This document shows, in pieces, positions 42,093-51,076 of a DNA stretch of 64,000 nt. This stretch comes from an uncultured Gemmatimonadales bacterium (GTDB lineage Bacteria; Gemmatimonadota; Gemmatimonadetes; Gemmatimonadales; Gemmatimonadaceae): NCBI GenBank assembly GCA_963701965.1, contig OY969695.1, positions 2,496,001-2,560,000 on the forward strand, written 5' to 3'. The position numbers were made by a program, and so were the translations under genes. Below the pieces are notes generated by a model. The model saw nothing but the letters and a program-made list of their open reading frames with translations, searched no databases and had not been told where the DNA came from. Position 1 is the first letter of the stretch, and the number at the start of each line of letters is the position of its first letter.

Positions 42093-42779
42093 ATGTCACG
42101 CCCGACCTTTGTGTTCGCGCTCCTGTTGCCGTTGGCGACCGCGTCGCTTGGCGCCCAGTACGTGGAGCGTCCCTACTATCGCATCCCTGGAGCGACGCTC
42201 CCGGCATTTCAGATCACGCCCTACGCCGGCTACATGGATTGGGGACGCTACGTCAACGGTCCGCTCGGATCGCACGTACCATTTGCCAACGGTCCCGTGC
42301 TCGGGGCACAGGCATCGCTGTCGCTGACCAGGTACTTCGCGTTCTACGGCGAGCTGGCCTACGCATACTCCAACATGGGGGGGTATGGGAACATCAACAA
42401 CCAGGGCTTTCTGAACAGCGCGAATTCCGGAGCGTGGATCTACGACGGCGGCATTCAACTGATGGCGCCGTTTCGCAGCGAAGATCGCCACTGGATCGTG
42501 CCCTTCGTCCAATTCGGCGCTGGCGGCATCAACTACCGGCTGAATGACGGGTTCAATCCCGAGAAATCCGACACGCGCTTTGCCTGGAACGGCGGCGTGG
42601 GACTCGACTACCATTTCACGCGGCAGGTCGGCGTGCGTCTCATGGCCAAGGACTACATCGCAATGTTCAATGTCCCCGGCGAGGTGTTCGTGACTCCGGG
42701 CGGGACATCGGTCCAAAGCACGAAGCAGACGAACAACAACAACTTCACCTTCAGCGCCGGTCTCAACATTGGCTTCTGA
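42093..42779 (+). CDS. Outer-membrane beta-barrel protein
   Basis: GGAGG RBS, signal peptide, amphipathic strands, terminal GLNIGF. Confidence 0.85.
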   Translation: MSRPTFVFALLLPLATASLGAQYVERPYYRIPGATLPAFQITPYAGYMDWGRYVNGPLGSHVPFANGPVLGAQASLSLTRYFAFYGELAYAYSNMGGYGNINNQGFLNSANSGAWIYDGGIQLMAPFRSEDRHWIVPFVQFGAGGINYRLNDGFNPEKSDTRFAWNGGVGLDYHFTRQVGVRLMAKDYIAMFNVPGEVFVTPGGTSVQSTKQTNNNNFTFSAGLNIGF

Positions 42780-43083
42780 GACGCAACGGCCCGCGCTCGA
42801 GCGCTGGCTGGCGCTCATGAGCGAGCAGGAAGCGCGGAGCCTGTTGCGCGAGTGCGTCGATCGCTATCGGCGTCGACCGCGCGGCGAGCTGTTGCAGGCG
42901 TGCGAAGAGGGGCCGACCACGGTGGATGTCGCGGGGCGCTCGGGGGCGCACTACGCCATCGTGGTCCGCGTCATCTGCGATGACCCGATCGGCCGCGACG
43001 GGCCGATCCGCGTGATCGCGACAATCGGCGACGACCACCGGGCCCTCTCGGCGCTACGCGACGAGTTTACGCTCGCGCCGTAG
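42769..43083 (+). CDS. Hypothetical protein
   Basis: Fills the gap between genes with plausible codon usage. Start may be 42817. Confidence 0.5.
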   Translation: MASETQRPALERWLALMSEQEARSLLRECVDRYRRRPRGELLQACEEGPTTVDVAGRSGAHYAIVVRVICDDPIGRDGPIRVIATIGDDHRALSALRDEFTLAP

Positions 43084-43551
43084 CGCCTCGTCGTCCAGCG
43101 CTTTCGAGACACAGATCTCGTCGCACGCCATCCGGCGCGGACACACGACGCAGTCCCGGCAGATCTTCTCCGGGTACCGGGCGCGATCGACGATCTCATA
43201 GCCCATGCCCTCGAAAAATCCGGGCTTGAGCGTCAACGCGAACACTTCCGTGATCCCGCGCGCGGACGCCAGCGCCTCCACACGGGCCACGAGCGCCCGC
43301 CCCACGCCCGTACCCTGGACGGTCCGGGCCACGGCCACCGAGCCGACCTCGGCGAGGGACGGCGCGTACTCCCGCAACGCGGCGCAACCGACGATCCGGC
43401 CGTGCCGGTCGGTCGCCACAATGAAATCGTCGAGCGCCATCGCGATGGCGTCGGGCGTCTTGGGCAACATCACGCGCTCGTCGGCATAGCCGTTGATGAG
43501 CGCCGAGACGCTGAGCACGTCGGCGGCGCGGGCGCGCCGGTACATGGTCAT
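43054..43551 (-). CDS. argA: GNAT acetyltransferase, probable short N-acetylglutamate synthase
   Basis: LAEVGSVAV...QGTGVG, FALT..PGFF, PEKIxxDCxxC. Last gene of argCBD with ATGA overlap. Confidence 0.75.
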   Translation of the reverse strand: MTMYRRARAADVLSVSALINGYADERVMLPKTPDAIAMALDDFIVATDRHGRIVGCAALREYAPSLAEVGSVAVARTVQGTGVGRALVARVEALASARGITEVFALTLKPGFFEGMGYEIVDRARYPEKICRDCVVCPRRMACDEICVSKALDDEALRRERKLVA

Positions 43552-44765
43552 GAGAGCGAAGCCTCCAAGCGCGACAGCCCTTCGGCCAGCTCGTCGCGAC
43601 TGATGATGAGCGGGGGCAGCAGCCGGACCGTATGGTCCCCGGCCGAACACACGAGCAGACCGAGCGCGCGGGCCCGGGCCACGACCTCGGCGGCGGGACG
43701 CACGACGTCGATGCCCCACATGAGACCCACCCCGCGGACCGCGCGCACATCGTCCCGGCGCGCCGCGAGATCGCGCAGCGCGCGGCCGAGCCACTCGCCG
43801 TGGGCACGGACGTTCGCGAGGAGCTCGGGATCGGCGAGCCGCTCGACGACGTAGCGGGCGACGGTCGCCACGAACGGCCCGCCGCCGAACGTCGTCCCGT
43901 GGTCGCCGGCTTGCACCGCACACGCGATCTCGGCCGACAAGAGCACCGCGCCCGCGGGCAGTCCGCCGGCGAGCGGCTTGGCGAGCGTCACGAGATCGGG
44001 CTCGATGCCCAGCGGCTCGTGCGCGAAGAGCCAGCCGGTGCGGCCCAGACCGCATTGGATCTCATCGAGAATGAGCGCCACGCGGCGTTCCCGGGTCAGA
44101 GCCCGCAGCTCCCGCAGAAAACCGGGATCGAGCACGCGGACGCCGCCCTCACCCTGCACGGGCTCCACGATCACCGCCGCGACCGTCTCGGCCTCGAGCA
44201 TCGTCTCCAGCTCGGCAATGTCCCGCTCGGCGACCGTGACGCCGCCCGCGAGCGGCCGGAAGGGCGCCCGATAGGATGGCCGGTCGGTGGCGGCCAGCGA
44301 CGCGAACAGACGCCCGTGGAACGCGCCGCGGAGGCCGATGATCTCGTGCTTCTGCGCCCCGCCTACCGTCCGCGCCCACCGGCGGGCGAACTTGAACGCG
44401 CCTTCGTTGGCCTCGGCGCCCGAGTTGCAAAAAAACACGCGGGCGGCGAACGAGTGCTCCACGAACCACTGGGCCAGGGACTCGCCGGGGTCGGACCGAT
44501 AGAGATTCGACACGTGCACCAGGCCTTCGGCGGCCGCGTGCATCACCTCGCGGAACCCCTCGTCCCCGTAGCCGAGGGCGTTCACGGCGATGCCGCTCGT
44601 GAAGTCGAGGTAGGCGTTGCCCTCGTCGTCGAACAACTCGACGCCGCTGCCGCGCACGATCCGCATCGGCGCGCGCTTGTACGTGCCGAGCAACGCCGCA
44701 TCGTCGGAGTGCAGGGCACCCGGACCCGTCAGGGGCAGCGAGAGAGGTAGCGAAATGGTCGTCAT
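43548..44765 (-). CDS. argD: Acetylornithine aminotransferase
   Basis: GIAVNALG, NSGAEANE, FHGR, EPVQGEGG, DEIQCGLGRTG, LAKPL, HGTTFGG. Confidence 0.95.
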   Translation of the reverse strand: MTTISLPLSLPLTGPGALHSDDAALLGTYKRAPMRIVRGSGVELFDDEGNAYLDFTSGIAVNALGYGDEGFREVMHAAAEGLVHVSNLYRSDPGESLAQWFVEHSFAARVFFCNSGAEANEGAFKFARRWARTVGGAQKHEIIGLRGAFHGRLFASLAATDRPSYRAPFRPLAGGVTVAERDIAELETMLEAETVAAVIVEPVQGEGGVRVLDPGFLRELRALTRERRVALILDEIQCGLGRTGWLFAHEPLGIEPDLVTLAKPLAGGLPAGAVLLSAEIACAVQAGDHGTTFGGGPFVATVARYVVERLADPELLANVRAHGEWLGRALRDLAARRDDVRAVRGVGLMWGIDVVRPAAEVVARARALGLLVCSAGDHTVRLLPPLIISRDELAEGLSRLEASLS

Positions 44766-45496
44766 GAAAACGCTCCCGCGACGACGCGCGTGCCAGCGTG
44801 GGATTCGGTGAGCAGCGTGAGATCGCCGATGCGAACCGACGCGACGCCACCGTCCGCGGCCCGCGCCGCGGCGTCGACCTTGGCCCGCATCCCATCGGTG
44901 ATGTCCGGATCGTCCAGCGCGTCGGCGCCGATGACCGGCACCGGCGCCCCGTGGAGTCGCACGGCCGGCACGTCGGAGATGAGCAGAAGGGAGTCAGCGC
45001 CCAGCGCGATGGCGATCGCCGCCGCGGCATCGTCGCCGTTCACATTGAGTCCCGGGTGGGCCAATGGAGAGACGACAGGCAGGAGGCCGGACTCGAGGAG
45101 GAGCCGCAACACGGGCACGCGCACGGCGCGAATGGCGCCGACGGCGCCGAGCGCCCCGTCTTCGGCGACATCGGCGCTGAGCACGGCGGCATCTTCGCCG
45201 GAGAGGCCGAACGCGTCGACGCCGGCGGCCACCAGCGCCGCGACGAGACGCTTGTTGGCGAGCCCCGACAGCGCCATGCGCAGCCGATCGATGTCATTGG
45301 CCGCCGTGACCCGCCGCCCGCCGACGAATCGCGGCTCGACGCCCGCGGCCCGTTGCAGCGCCGAGACCTCGTCGCCGCCCCCGTGCACGACGACGAGCGC
45401 GCCCGCGCGCGCGCGGGCGGCGAGCGCGGACGCCAGTCGGGCGTCGGCCTGGGCGCGCCCGCCGACTTTGACGACGCACAGCGTGGCGATCGTCAT
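44762..45496 (-). CDS. argB: Acetylglutamate kinase
   Basis: VKVGG, VHGGG, GRRVT, NVNGD, GMRAK. Confidence 0.93.
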   Translation of the reverse strand: MTIATLCVVKVGGRAQADARLASALAARARAGALVVVHGGGDEVSALQRAAGVEPRFVGGRRVTAANDIDRLRMALSGLANKRLVAALVAAGVDAFGLSGEDAAVLSADVAEDGALGAVGAIRAVRVPVLRLLLESGLLPVVSPLAHPGLNVNGDDAAAAIAIALGADSLLLISDVPAVRLHGAPVPVIGADALDDPDITDGMRAKVDAAARAADGGVASVRIGDLTLLTESHAGTRVVAGAFS

Positions 45497-46482
45497 CGGG
45501 GCAACCCCGCGGCTTCGTCGAGGCCGAGCAGCAGGTTCGCGTTCTGCAGGGCCTGTCCCGCCGCGCCTTTGAGGAGATTGTCGATGGCCGCGATGACGAC
45601 CACCGCGGGACGGCGCAGCCCCTCGGCCGGCGTCACGGCGATGGCCGCGACGTTCCGGTGGACCACGTCACGCAACGTCGGCGGCTGGTCGACGATCTCG
45701 ACGAAGGGTTCGCCCGCGTAGTACGCCGCGTACATGGCCGCGGCATCGGGCAACGCGTCCACCACGGGCACGGTAAGCGTGACGAGGATCCCGCGGGCGA
45801 CGGGCAGGAGATGCGGGGTGAAGACCAGATCGCAGTCGGCGCCGAGCCAGGCCAGGGCCGCGCGCATCTCGGCCAGATGCCGGTGCGTGTTGCCGACCGC
45901 ATACGCGCGGTAGTCCTCGGCCACTTCGCCGAACAGCAAATCGCGCCGCGGCGCGTTGCCCGCCCCGGTGACCCCGCTGGCCGCATCGACCGCCACCGTG
46001 GCTCCGGGCGCGATGACGCCGTTCGCCGCCAGCGGGGCCAGCGCCAGCAGCGTGGCCGTCGCATAGCAGCCCGGATTCGCGACCGTGCGGGCGCCGCGAA
46101 CCGCGGAGCGGATGGCCGGGCCCAACTCGGGCAGACCATAGGGGGCCGCCGCGTCGACCACCGCCCCGACCGCGGCCGACGGGCCCGGGCGGAGATCGGA
46201 TGACAAGTCGACGACCTTGGCCCCGGCCGCGCGGGCGCGGGCGACCGCGCCGCCCGACGCCCCGTGGGGCAGCGCGCTGAACACGAGCGCCACATTGCCC
46301 AACGGCGCGTCGGCGGCGCCGATGTACGTGAGCGCGCGGCCGGCGATGCGGACGCACTCGCCCTGGCGCTCGTGCGCCGCGGCGAACGCCAGCGTGAGCG
46401 CCGGATGGCGCGCCACCAGCGCGCACAACTCCCGCCCGGCATATCCACTGGCGCCGAGCACGCCCACAGGGTACTTATGCAC
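45493..46482 (-). CDS. argC: N-acetyl-gamma-glutamyl-phosphate reductase
   Basis: GASGYAG, ALPHG, DLSSDLR, ANPGCY, SGVTGAG, HRHLAE, DNLLKGAAGQA. GTG start. Confidence 0.95.
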   Translation of the reverse strand: MHKYPVGVLGASGYAGRELCALVARHPALTLAFAAAHERQGECVRIAGRALTYIGAADAPLGNVALVFSALPHGASGGAVARARAAGAKVVDLSSDLRPGPSAAVGAVVDAAAPYGLPELGPAIRSAVRGARTVANPGCYATATLLALAPLAANGVIAPGATVAVDAASGVTGAGNAPRRDLLFGEVAEDYRAYAVGNTHRHLAEMRAALAWLGADCDLVFTPHLLPVARGILVTLTVPVVDALPDAAAMYAAYYAGEPFVEIVDQPPTLRDVVHRNVAAIAVTPAEGLRRPAVVVIAAIDNLLKGAAGQALQNANLLLGLDEAAGLPR

Positions 46483-46517
46483 CTCTAATGCATAGTCTTG
46501 CACGACCCCTCCGTCAA
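46468..46517 (-). promoter_or_regulatory. argC promoter with tandem ARG boxes
   Basis: TTGACG (-35) then TGCAAGACTATGCA-N7-TGCATAAGTACCCT, matching a TGCATAATTATGCA-type core at canonical spacing. Confidence 0.65.
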
Positions 46518-46527
46518 TACACACGAC

Positions 46528-46557
46528 AAAAAAGCCGCCCCCGATACGGGAGCGGCT
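46528..46557 (-). terminator. Intrinsic terminator upstream of argC (attenuator 3:4 hairpin)
   Basis: AGCCGCTCCC-gtatc-GGGGGCGGCT followed by a U-tract. Confidence 0.85.
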
Positions 46558-46582
46558 GTTGGGACTACGCGGTCGTCGACGT

Positions 46583-46684
46583 CTAGTGCACGACCCCCCA
46601 ATCAGCGCGCGCCCGCTCCGCGGAACGCGGGGCGAACGGTCGCGGCGAGGTCGGGCGCGGGCTAATAACTTGGACGTCGGCCAT
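46583..46684 (-). CDS. Putative leader peptide MADVQVISPRPTSPRPFAPRSAERARADWGVVH
   Basis: ATG lies 7 nt after TTGACA-N17-TACCTA. Five Arg codons. Overlaps mutually exclusive hairpins. Confidence 0.5.
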   Translation of the reverse strand: MADVQVISPRPTSPRPFAPRSAERARADWGVVH

Positions 46685-46730
46685 GCCCGATAGGTACCGT
46701 CCGCCGGCCGATCTGTCAACGGAGGTCAAA

Positions 46731-47198
46731 GTGGCTCACAAACAGGAGCGCCTGGCGACGATCCTGGAGTTGATCGCCGAGCAGCCCGTCGCCAGCCAGG
46801 AAGAATTGCGCGCGCTTTTGCGGCAGCGCGGGTGGTCGGTCACCCAATCGACACTGTCCCGTGACATGCAGGAGCTGCGGTTGGCCCGCGTATCGACCGA
46901 CGAAGGCGCGCGCTACCAGCGCGGCGATGTGTCGGCGCCCGACATTGGCGGCCGTCCAGCGCTGGCGGGTCTTTTGCCCCAACTGCTCACCCGACTCGAT
47001 GGCGTCCGCGAGCTGCTCGTGATCCACACGCCGCCGGGCGGAGCCCAGCCGGTGGCCCTGGCGATCGATCGCGAGGGGCACGCCGGCATTCTGGGGACCA
47101 TTGCGGGCGACGATACCATTCTCATCATTTGCCGCTCCAGCGAGGCGCGCGAGCGGCTGGCGCGGCGGTTGCGCACCCTGGCCGGGAAAGCGGGTTGA
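46731..47198 (+). CDS. argR: Arginine repressor
   Basis: GGAGG RBS. SQEEL, VTQSTLSRD, GTIAGDDTI. Confidence 0.96.
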   Translation: MAHKQERLATILELIAEQPVASQEELRALLRQRGWSVTQSTLSRDMQELRLARVSTDEGARYQRGDVSAPDIGGRPALAGLLPQLLTRLDGVRELLVIHTPPGGAQPVALAIDREGHAGILGTIAGDDTILIICRSSEARERLARRLRTLAGKAG

Positions 47199-47249
47199 CG
47201 CGGGAACTGCTTGCTGCTTAATTATGCGCTGCTTACGCATTTATTCCCA
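47195..47249 (+). promoter_or_regulatory. argG promoter with tandem ARG boxes
   Basis: TTGACG-N17-TTAATT overlapping TGCTTAATTATGCG-N7-CGCATTTATTCCCA. Confidence 0.65.
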
Positions 47250-47278
47250 TTGGCCCGTTCCCATCGCCCACGCCGATC

Positions 47279-48517
47279 ATGACTGCATCGCCCCTCTCGC
47301 CGACGTCCATCGTCCTCGCCTATTCCGGCGGGCTCGACACCTCGGTCATCGTGCCGTGGCTCAAGGAGCACTATCCGAACGCCCGCGTCACCTGCGTGGC
47401 CGCCGATATCGGCCAGGGTGACGAGCTGTCGGGCGTCCACGCCAAGGCGATGGCCTCCGGCGCCGACGCGTGCTACGTCGAGGACCTCCGCCGGGAGTTC
47501 GTCGAGGACTTCGTGTGGCCGACGTTGCGCGCCGGCGCCGTGTACGGCCGGAAGTATCTGCTGGGCACGTCCATGGCCCGGCCCCTCATCGCGCGGCGCC
47601 AGGTCGAGGTGGCGCGCCAGATCGGCGCCGATGCGCTGGCCCACGGGTGCACGGGCAAGGGCAACGATCAGGTCCGGTTCGAGCTGACCTACGCCGCCTT
47701 CGCGCCCGACCTGCCGGTGATCGCGCCGTGGCGGGAGTGGGACATCCGGAGTCGGGAGGACGCCATCGCCTACGCCAAGCGGCACGGCGTGCCGGTCACG
47801 GCCACGGTGGAGAAGATCTACTCCCGCGACCGGAACCTCTGGCACGTCTCCCACGAAGGTGGCGCGCTCGAGGATCCGAACACGGTGCCGGGCGCCGATG
47901 TGTTCCAGCTCACGGCCGACCCCGCCGCCGCTCCCGATGAGGCCGAGGATGTCACGATCGAATTCGAGGCGGGGACGCCGGTCGCGGTCGACGGGCGCGC
48001 GCTCGACCCCGTCGCGCTGGTAGCCGCGCTCAACGCCATCGGCGCGCGCCACGGCATCGGCCGCATCGACTTGGTCGAAGACCGCCTGGTCGGCATGAAG
48101 TCGCGCGGCGTGTACGAGACGCCGGGCGGGACGCTGCTCTACGCCGCGCATAGCGAACTGGAGCAGCTCACGCTCGACCGGCGCACGCTGGCCGCCAAAG
48201 ACCTCATCGCGCCGCGCTATGCCGACCTCGTATATGAAGGCCGCTGGTGGACCACGGAACGAGAGGCGTATGATGCATTCGTGGCCGTGACGCAGGCGCG
48301 GGTCTCCGGGACGATCACCTTGCGGCTGTTCAAGGGATCACTCGCCGTGGCCGGCCGGTCGAGCGACCAGGCGCTCTACGATGAACGGTTCGTCACGTTC
48401 GGGGAGGACGATGTGTACGAGCAGAGCGATGCGGCCGGGTTCATTCGGTTGTATGGCCTCTCGGCGCGCGTCCAAGCGCTCAAGGATCAGGAACGCACCG
48501 TGTTGGCCGGCGTCTAA
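47279..48517 (+). CDS. argG: Argininosuccinate synthase
   Basis: LAYSGGLDTS, HGCTGKGNDQVRFE, GMKSRGVYETPG. Confidence 0.98.
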   Translation: MTASPLSPTSIVLAYSGGLDTSVIVPWLKEHYPNARVTCVAADIGQGDELSGVHAKAMASGADACYVEDLRREFVEDFVWPTLRAGAVYGRKYLLGTSMARPLIARRQVEVARQIGADALAHGCTGKGNDQVRFELTYAAFAPDLPVIAPWREWDIRSREDAIAYAKRHGVPVTATVEKIYSRDRNLWHVSHEGGALEDPNTVPGADVFQLTADPAAAPDEAEDVTIEFEAGTPVAVDGRALDPVALVAALNAIGARHGIGRIDLVEDRLVGMKSRGVYETPGGTLLYAAHSELEQLTLDRRTLAAKDLIAPRYADLVYEGRWWTTEREAYDAFVAVTQARVSGTITLRLFKGSLAVAGRSSDQALYDERFVTFGEDDVYEQSDAAGFIRLYGLSARVQALKDQERTVLAGV

Positions 48518-48529
48518 GGAGAAACCACC

Positions 48530-49990
48530 ATGTCCGACGAAACAGACACCGCCCGCGATCGCGCCCACCGCCTCTGGGGTGGACGGTTCGCCGGCGCCAG
48601 CGCCGCGGCGCTGGAGGCGCTCAACCGGTCCATCGACATCGATTTCCGTCTGTGGCCGTTCGACATCCAACTGTCGAAGGCGTGGGCGGTCGCGCTGTGG
48701 CAGGCGGGCGTCCTGACGCTCGACGAGAGCCGCCGCATGGAGTGGGGTCTGGACATCGTCGCCCAGCGCCTGGCCGCCGGCGCGCTGCCGGTGACGTCGG
48801 ACGAAGACGTGCACACGATGATCGACCGGATGTTGCAGAACGAGATCGGGGACTTGTCGGCCAAGCTGCACACGGGCCGGAGCCGGAACGATCAGGTCGC
48901 GACCGCGACGCGTCTCTGGTGTGCCGACGCGGCCGTCGGCCTCGGCGCGACGATTCGCACGTTGCAGGAGACGCTTCTCCGGCACGCCGAGGAGTTGGAC
49001 GAAACCTTGATGCCGGCCTACACGCATTTGCAGCGCGCCCAGCCGGTCGCCGCGGCCCATTGGTTGTTGGGCCACTTTTGGCCGCTCGATCGCGACCAGG
49101 CCCGCATCACGCAGGCGGGCCGTTCCGCGGTCGCCGCGCTGCCGTTGGGCTCCGGCGCGATCGCGGGCTGCGCCTATCCGGTGTCCCGCGTGCTGCTCAA
49201 AGAGAGCCTGGGGTTCACGGGGCTCACGGCCAACAGCATCGACGCCGTCGGCGACCGCGACTTCGTCGCCGAGTTGTTGTTCGCCCTCACGATGCTCGGA
49301 CTCCACCTGTCGCGGCTGGCTGAGGACTTCATTTTGTTCGGATCCAGCGAGTTCGGCTTCGTGCAGTTCGGCGACGCCTTCACGACCGGGTCCAGCATGA
49401 TGCCGCAGAAGCGGAACCCCGACGCGCTCGAGCTGTCCCGGGCGTCGAGCGCGCGCGTGCTCGGCGACCTCACGGCGCTCCTCACCACGCTCAAGGGACT
49501 CCCCAGCGGGTACAACAAGGACATGCAGGAGGACAAGCGCGCGTTGTTCGACGCGGTCGACACGATGCGCCTGGTCTTGCCGGCGGCGACCGGCGCCATT
49601 GGCGAGCTCACGTTTCGTCCGGACCGGATGCAGGCCGCGCTCTCCAGCACGATGATGGCGACCGACCTGGCCGACTATCTCGTCGGCAAGGGCGCGACAT
49701 TCCGGGACGCGCACCGGGCGGTCGGCGAGATCGTCCGCACGGCCGAAGTGCAGTGCGTCGGGTTGGATGATTTGCCACTGGAGACGTTCACCGCGGCCCA
49801 TCCGCTGTTCGGCGCCGACGTCGCCGCGGCGCTGTCGCCCCGCGCATCGGCCGCCCGCCGCGAGGTGCCGGGCGGGACGGGGCCGAACGCGCTTCGCGCC
49901 CAGCTGGACGCCGCCCGCCTCGCATTGCACCCGCCCTACGAGTCCGGCCGCGGTAACGACATCACGTCCCGATTGCAGGCGGTCGTGTAG
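48530..49990 (+). CDS. argH: Argininosuccinate lyase
   Basis: LWGGRF, HTGRSRNDQ, YTHLQRAQP, GSSMMPQKRNPD, YNKDMQEDK. Confidence 0.98.
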   Translation: MSDETDTARDRAHRLWGGRFAGASAAALEALNRSIDIDFRLWPFDIQLSKAWAVALWQAGVLTLDESRRMEWGLDIVAQRLAAGALPVTSDEDVHTMIDRMLQNEIGDLSAKLHTGRSRNDQVATATRLWCADAAVGLGATIRTLQETLLRHAEELDETLMPAYTHLQRAQPVAAAHWLLGHFWPLDRDQARITQAGRSAVAALPLGSGAIAGCAYPVSRVLLKESLGFTGLTANSIDAVGDRDFVAELLFALTMLGLHLSRLAEDFILFGSSEFGFVQFGDAFTTGSSMMPQKRNPDALELSRASSARVLGDLTALLTTLKGLPSGYNKDMQEDKRALFDAVDTMRLVLPAATGAIGELTFRPDRMQAALSSTMMATDLADYLVGKGATFRDAHRAVGEIVRTAEVQCVGLDDLPLETFTAAHPLFGADVAAALSPRASAARREVPGGTGPNALRAQLDAARLALHPPYESGRGNDITSRLQAVV

Positions 49991-51054
49991 CGGGCCTATT
50001 CCACCGCTGGGTGGCGCAAGATATTCGGTACGTGTCGATCGCCCTGGGGATAGGCGGATTTCAACCGCGCGCGCCGGACTCGGTGATCCACTCCGGATTT
50101 GGCGACTGCAAGGACAAGGCGACGCTCTTCGTGGCGGCGCTCCGTCTGCTGGGCATCGAGGCCTATCCGGTGCTGCTCAATGCCGGCGGCTGCGTGGACC
50201 GCGCGCTGCCCACCATTGGACAGTTCGACCACGCGATCGCCGCGATCAAGCAGGGGAGCTCCTACGAGTACACGGACCTGACGTCGAGCGTGACACCGCT
50301 CGGCGAGCTCCCTCTGCCCGATGAGGCGGAGTTCGGTCTCATCGTGCACACGGACGGACGGACGGAGCAGGTCACGCTTCCCTCCGCGGGACCGACCCCG
50401 TCGCTCGCCGAGACGTCCATCGTGGGGACGCTCGCGCCTGACGGGACGTTCGACGGGCACGTTGCCTTGCGGACTACCGGCACGGCGGCCGAGGCCATGC
50501 GCGGGCTCATGTCCCGCCCGCTCGATTCGACCCAGCGCGCGGCATTGGCGCGGGGGATGGCGCAAGCGATCTTCCCGGGCGCCGAGGCCGACAGTCTCGT
50601 CACATTCGATGGAAAGGACCTGTCGGCCGACGCCCGGATATCGCTACACGTCAAGAACGGCCGCGCGTCCACGTCGTCCGGCACGACCGACCTTCTGACG
50701 GTGCCGCTGTCGAACACGGGCGCGGCCAAGATCGCGACGCAACTCGAGGCGGCGACCGGCCCCCGCCGATACCCCATCAATGGCAACGGCGTGTTGGGAC
50801 GCGGCTCGTCTGTCGACGAGGTCCGCATCACGCTGCCGAGCGGTTGGCATGCCCGCCTGCCGGAGAGCATCACGGCGACGAGCCGGTTTGGTACCTACGA
50901 ATCCACGTATTCCCAGGACGGCAATGTGTTGACCCTCCACCGTCACTACGCATCAGGCAGCGGCGTGTCGCCAGCCTGGCGCCATGGTGAGCTGGAGGTG
51001 TGGCTTTCCCGCGTGGCAAAGGATCACCCAGCGGTCATCCTACTCGACCACTGA
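49991..51054 (+). pseudogene. 5'-truncated paralog of the adjacent DUF3857/transglutaminase gene
   Basis: Similarity (HRWVAQDIRYVS, GDCKDKA, FDHAIA) starts right after the argH stop. Signal peptide and N-domain are missing. An in-frame GTG at 50011 could give a 347-aa product. Confidence 0.65.
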
Positions 51055-51076
51055 GTTTTTTCGTATAGTAGGGCCC

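Noticed and set aside
46528..46690. T-box riboswitch or 6S RNA upstream of argC
   Set aside because: No UGGN T-box bulge (GGTGGNACC is absent). Length, context and the alternative pairing fit an attenuator better than 6S RNA.
46483..46719. Arg-rich in-frame N-terminal extension of ArgC
   Set aside because: It crosses a terminator and a promoter, its TTG start lies inside a -35 box, and ArgC similarity begins at 46482.
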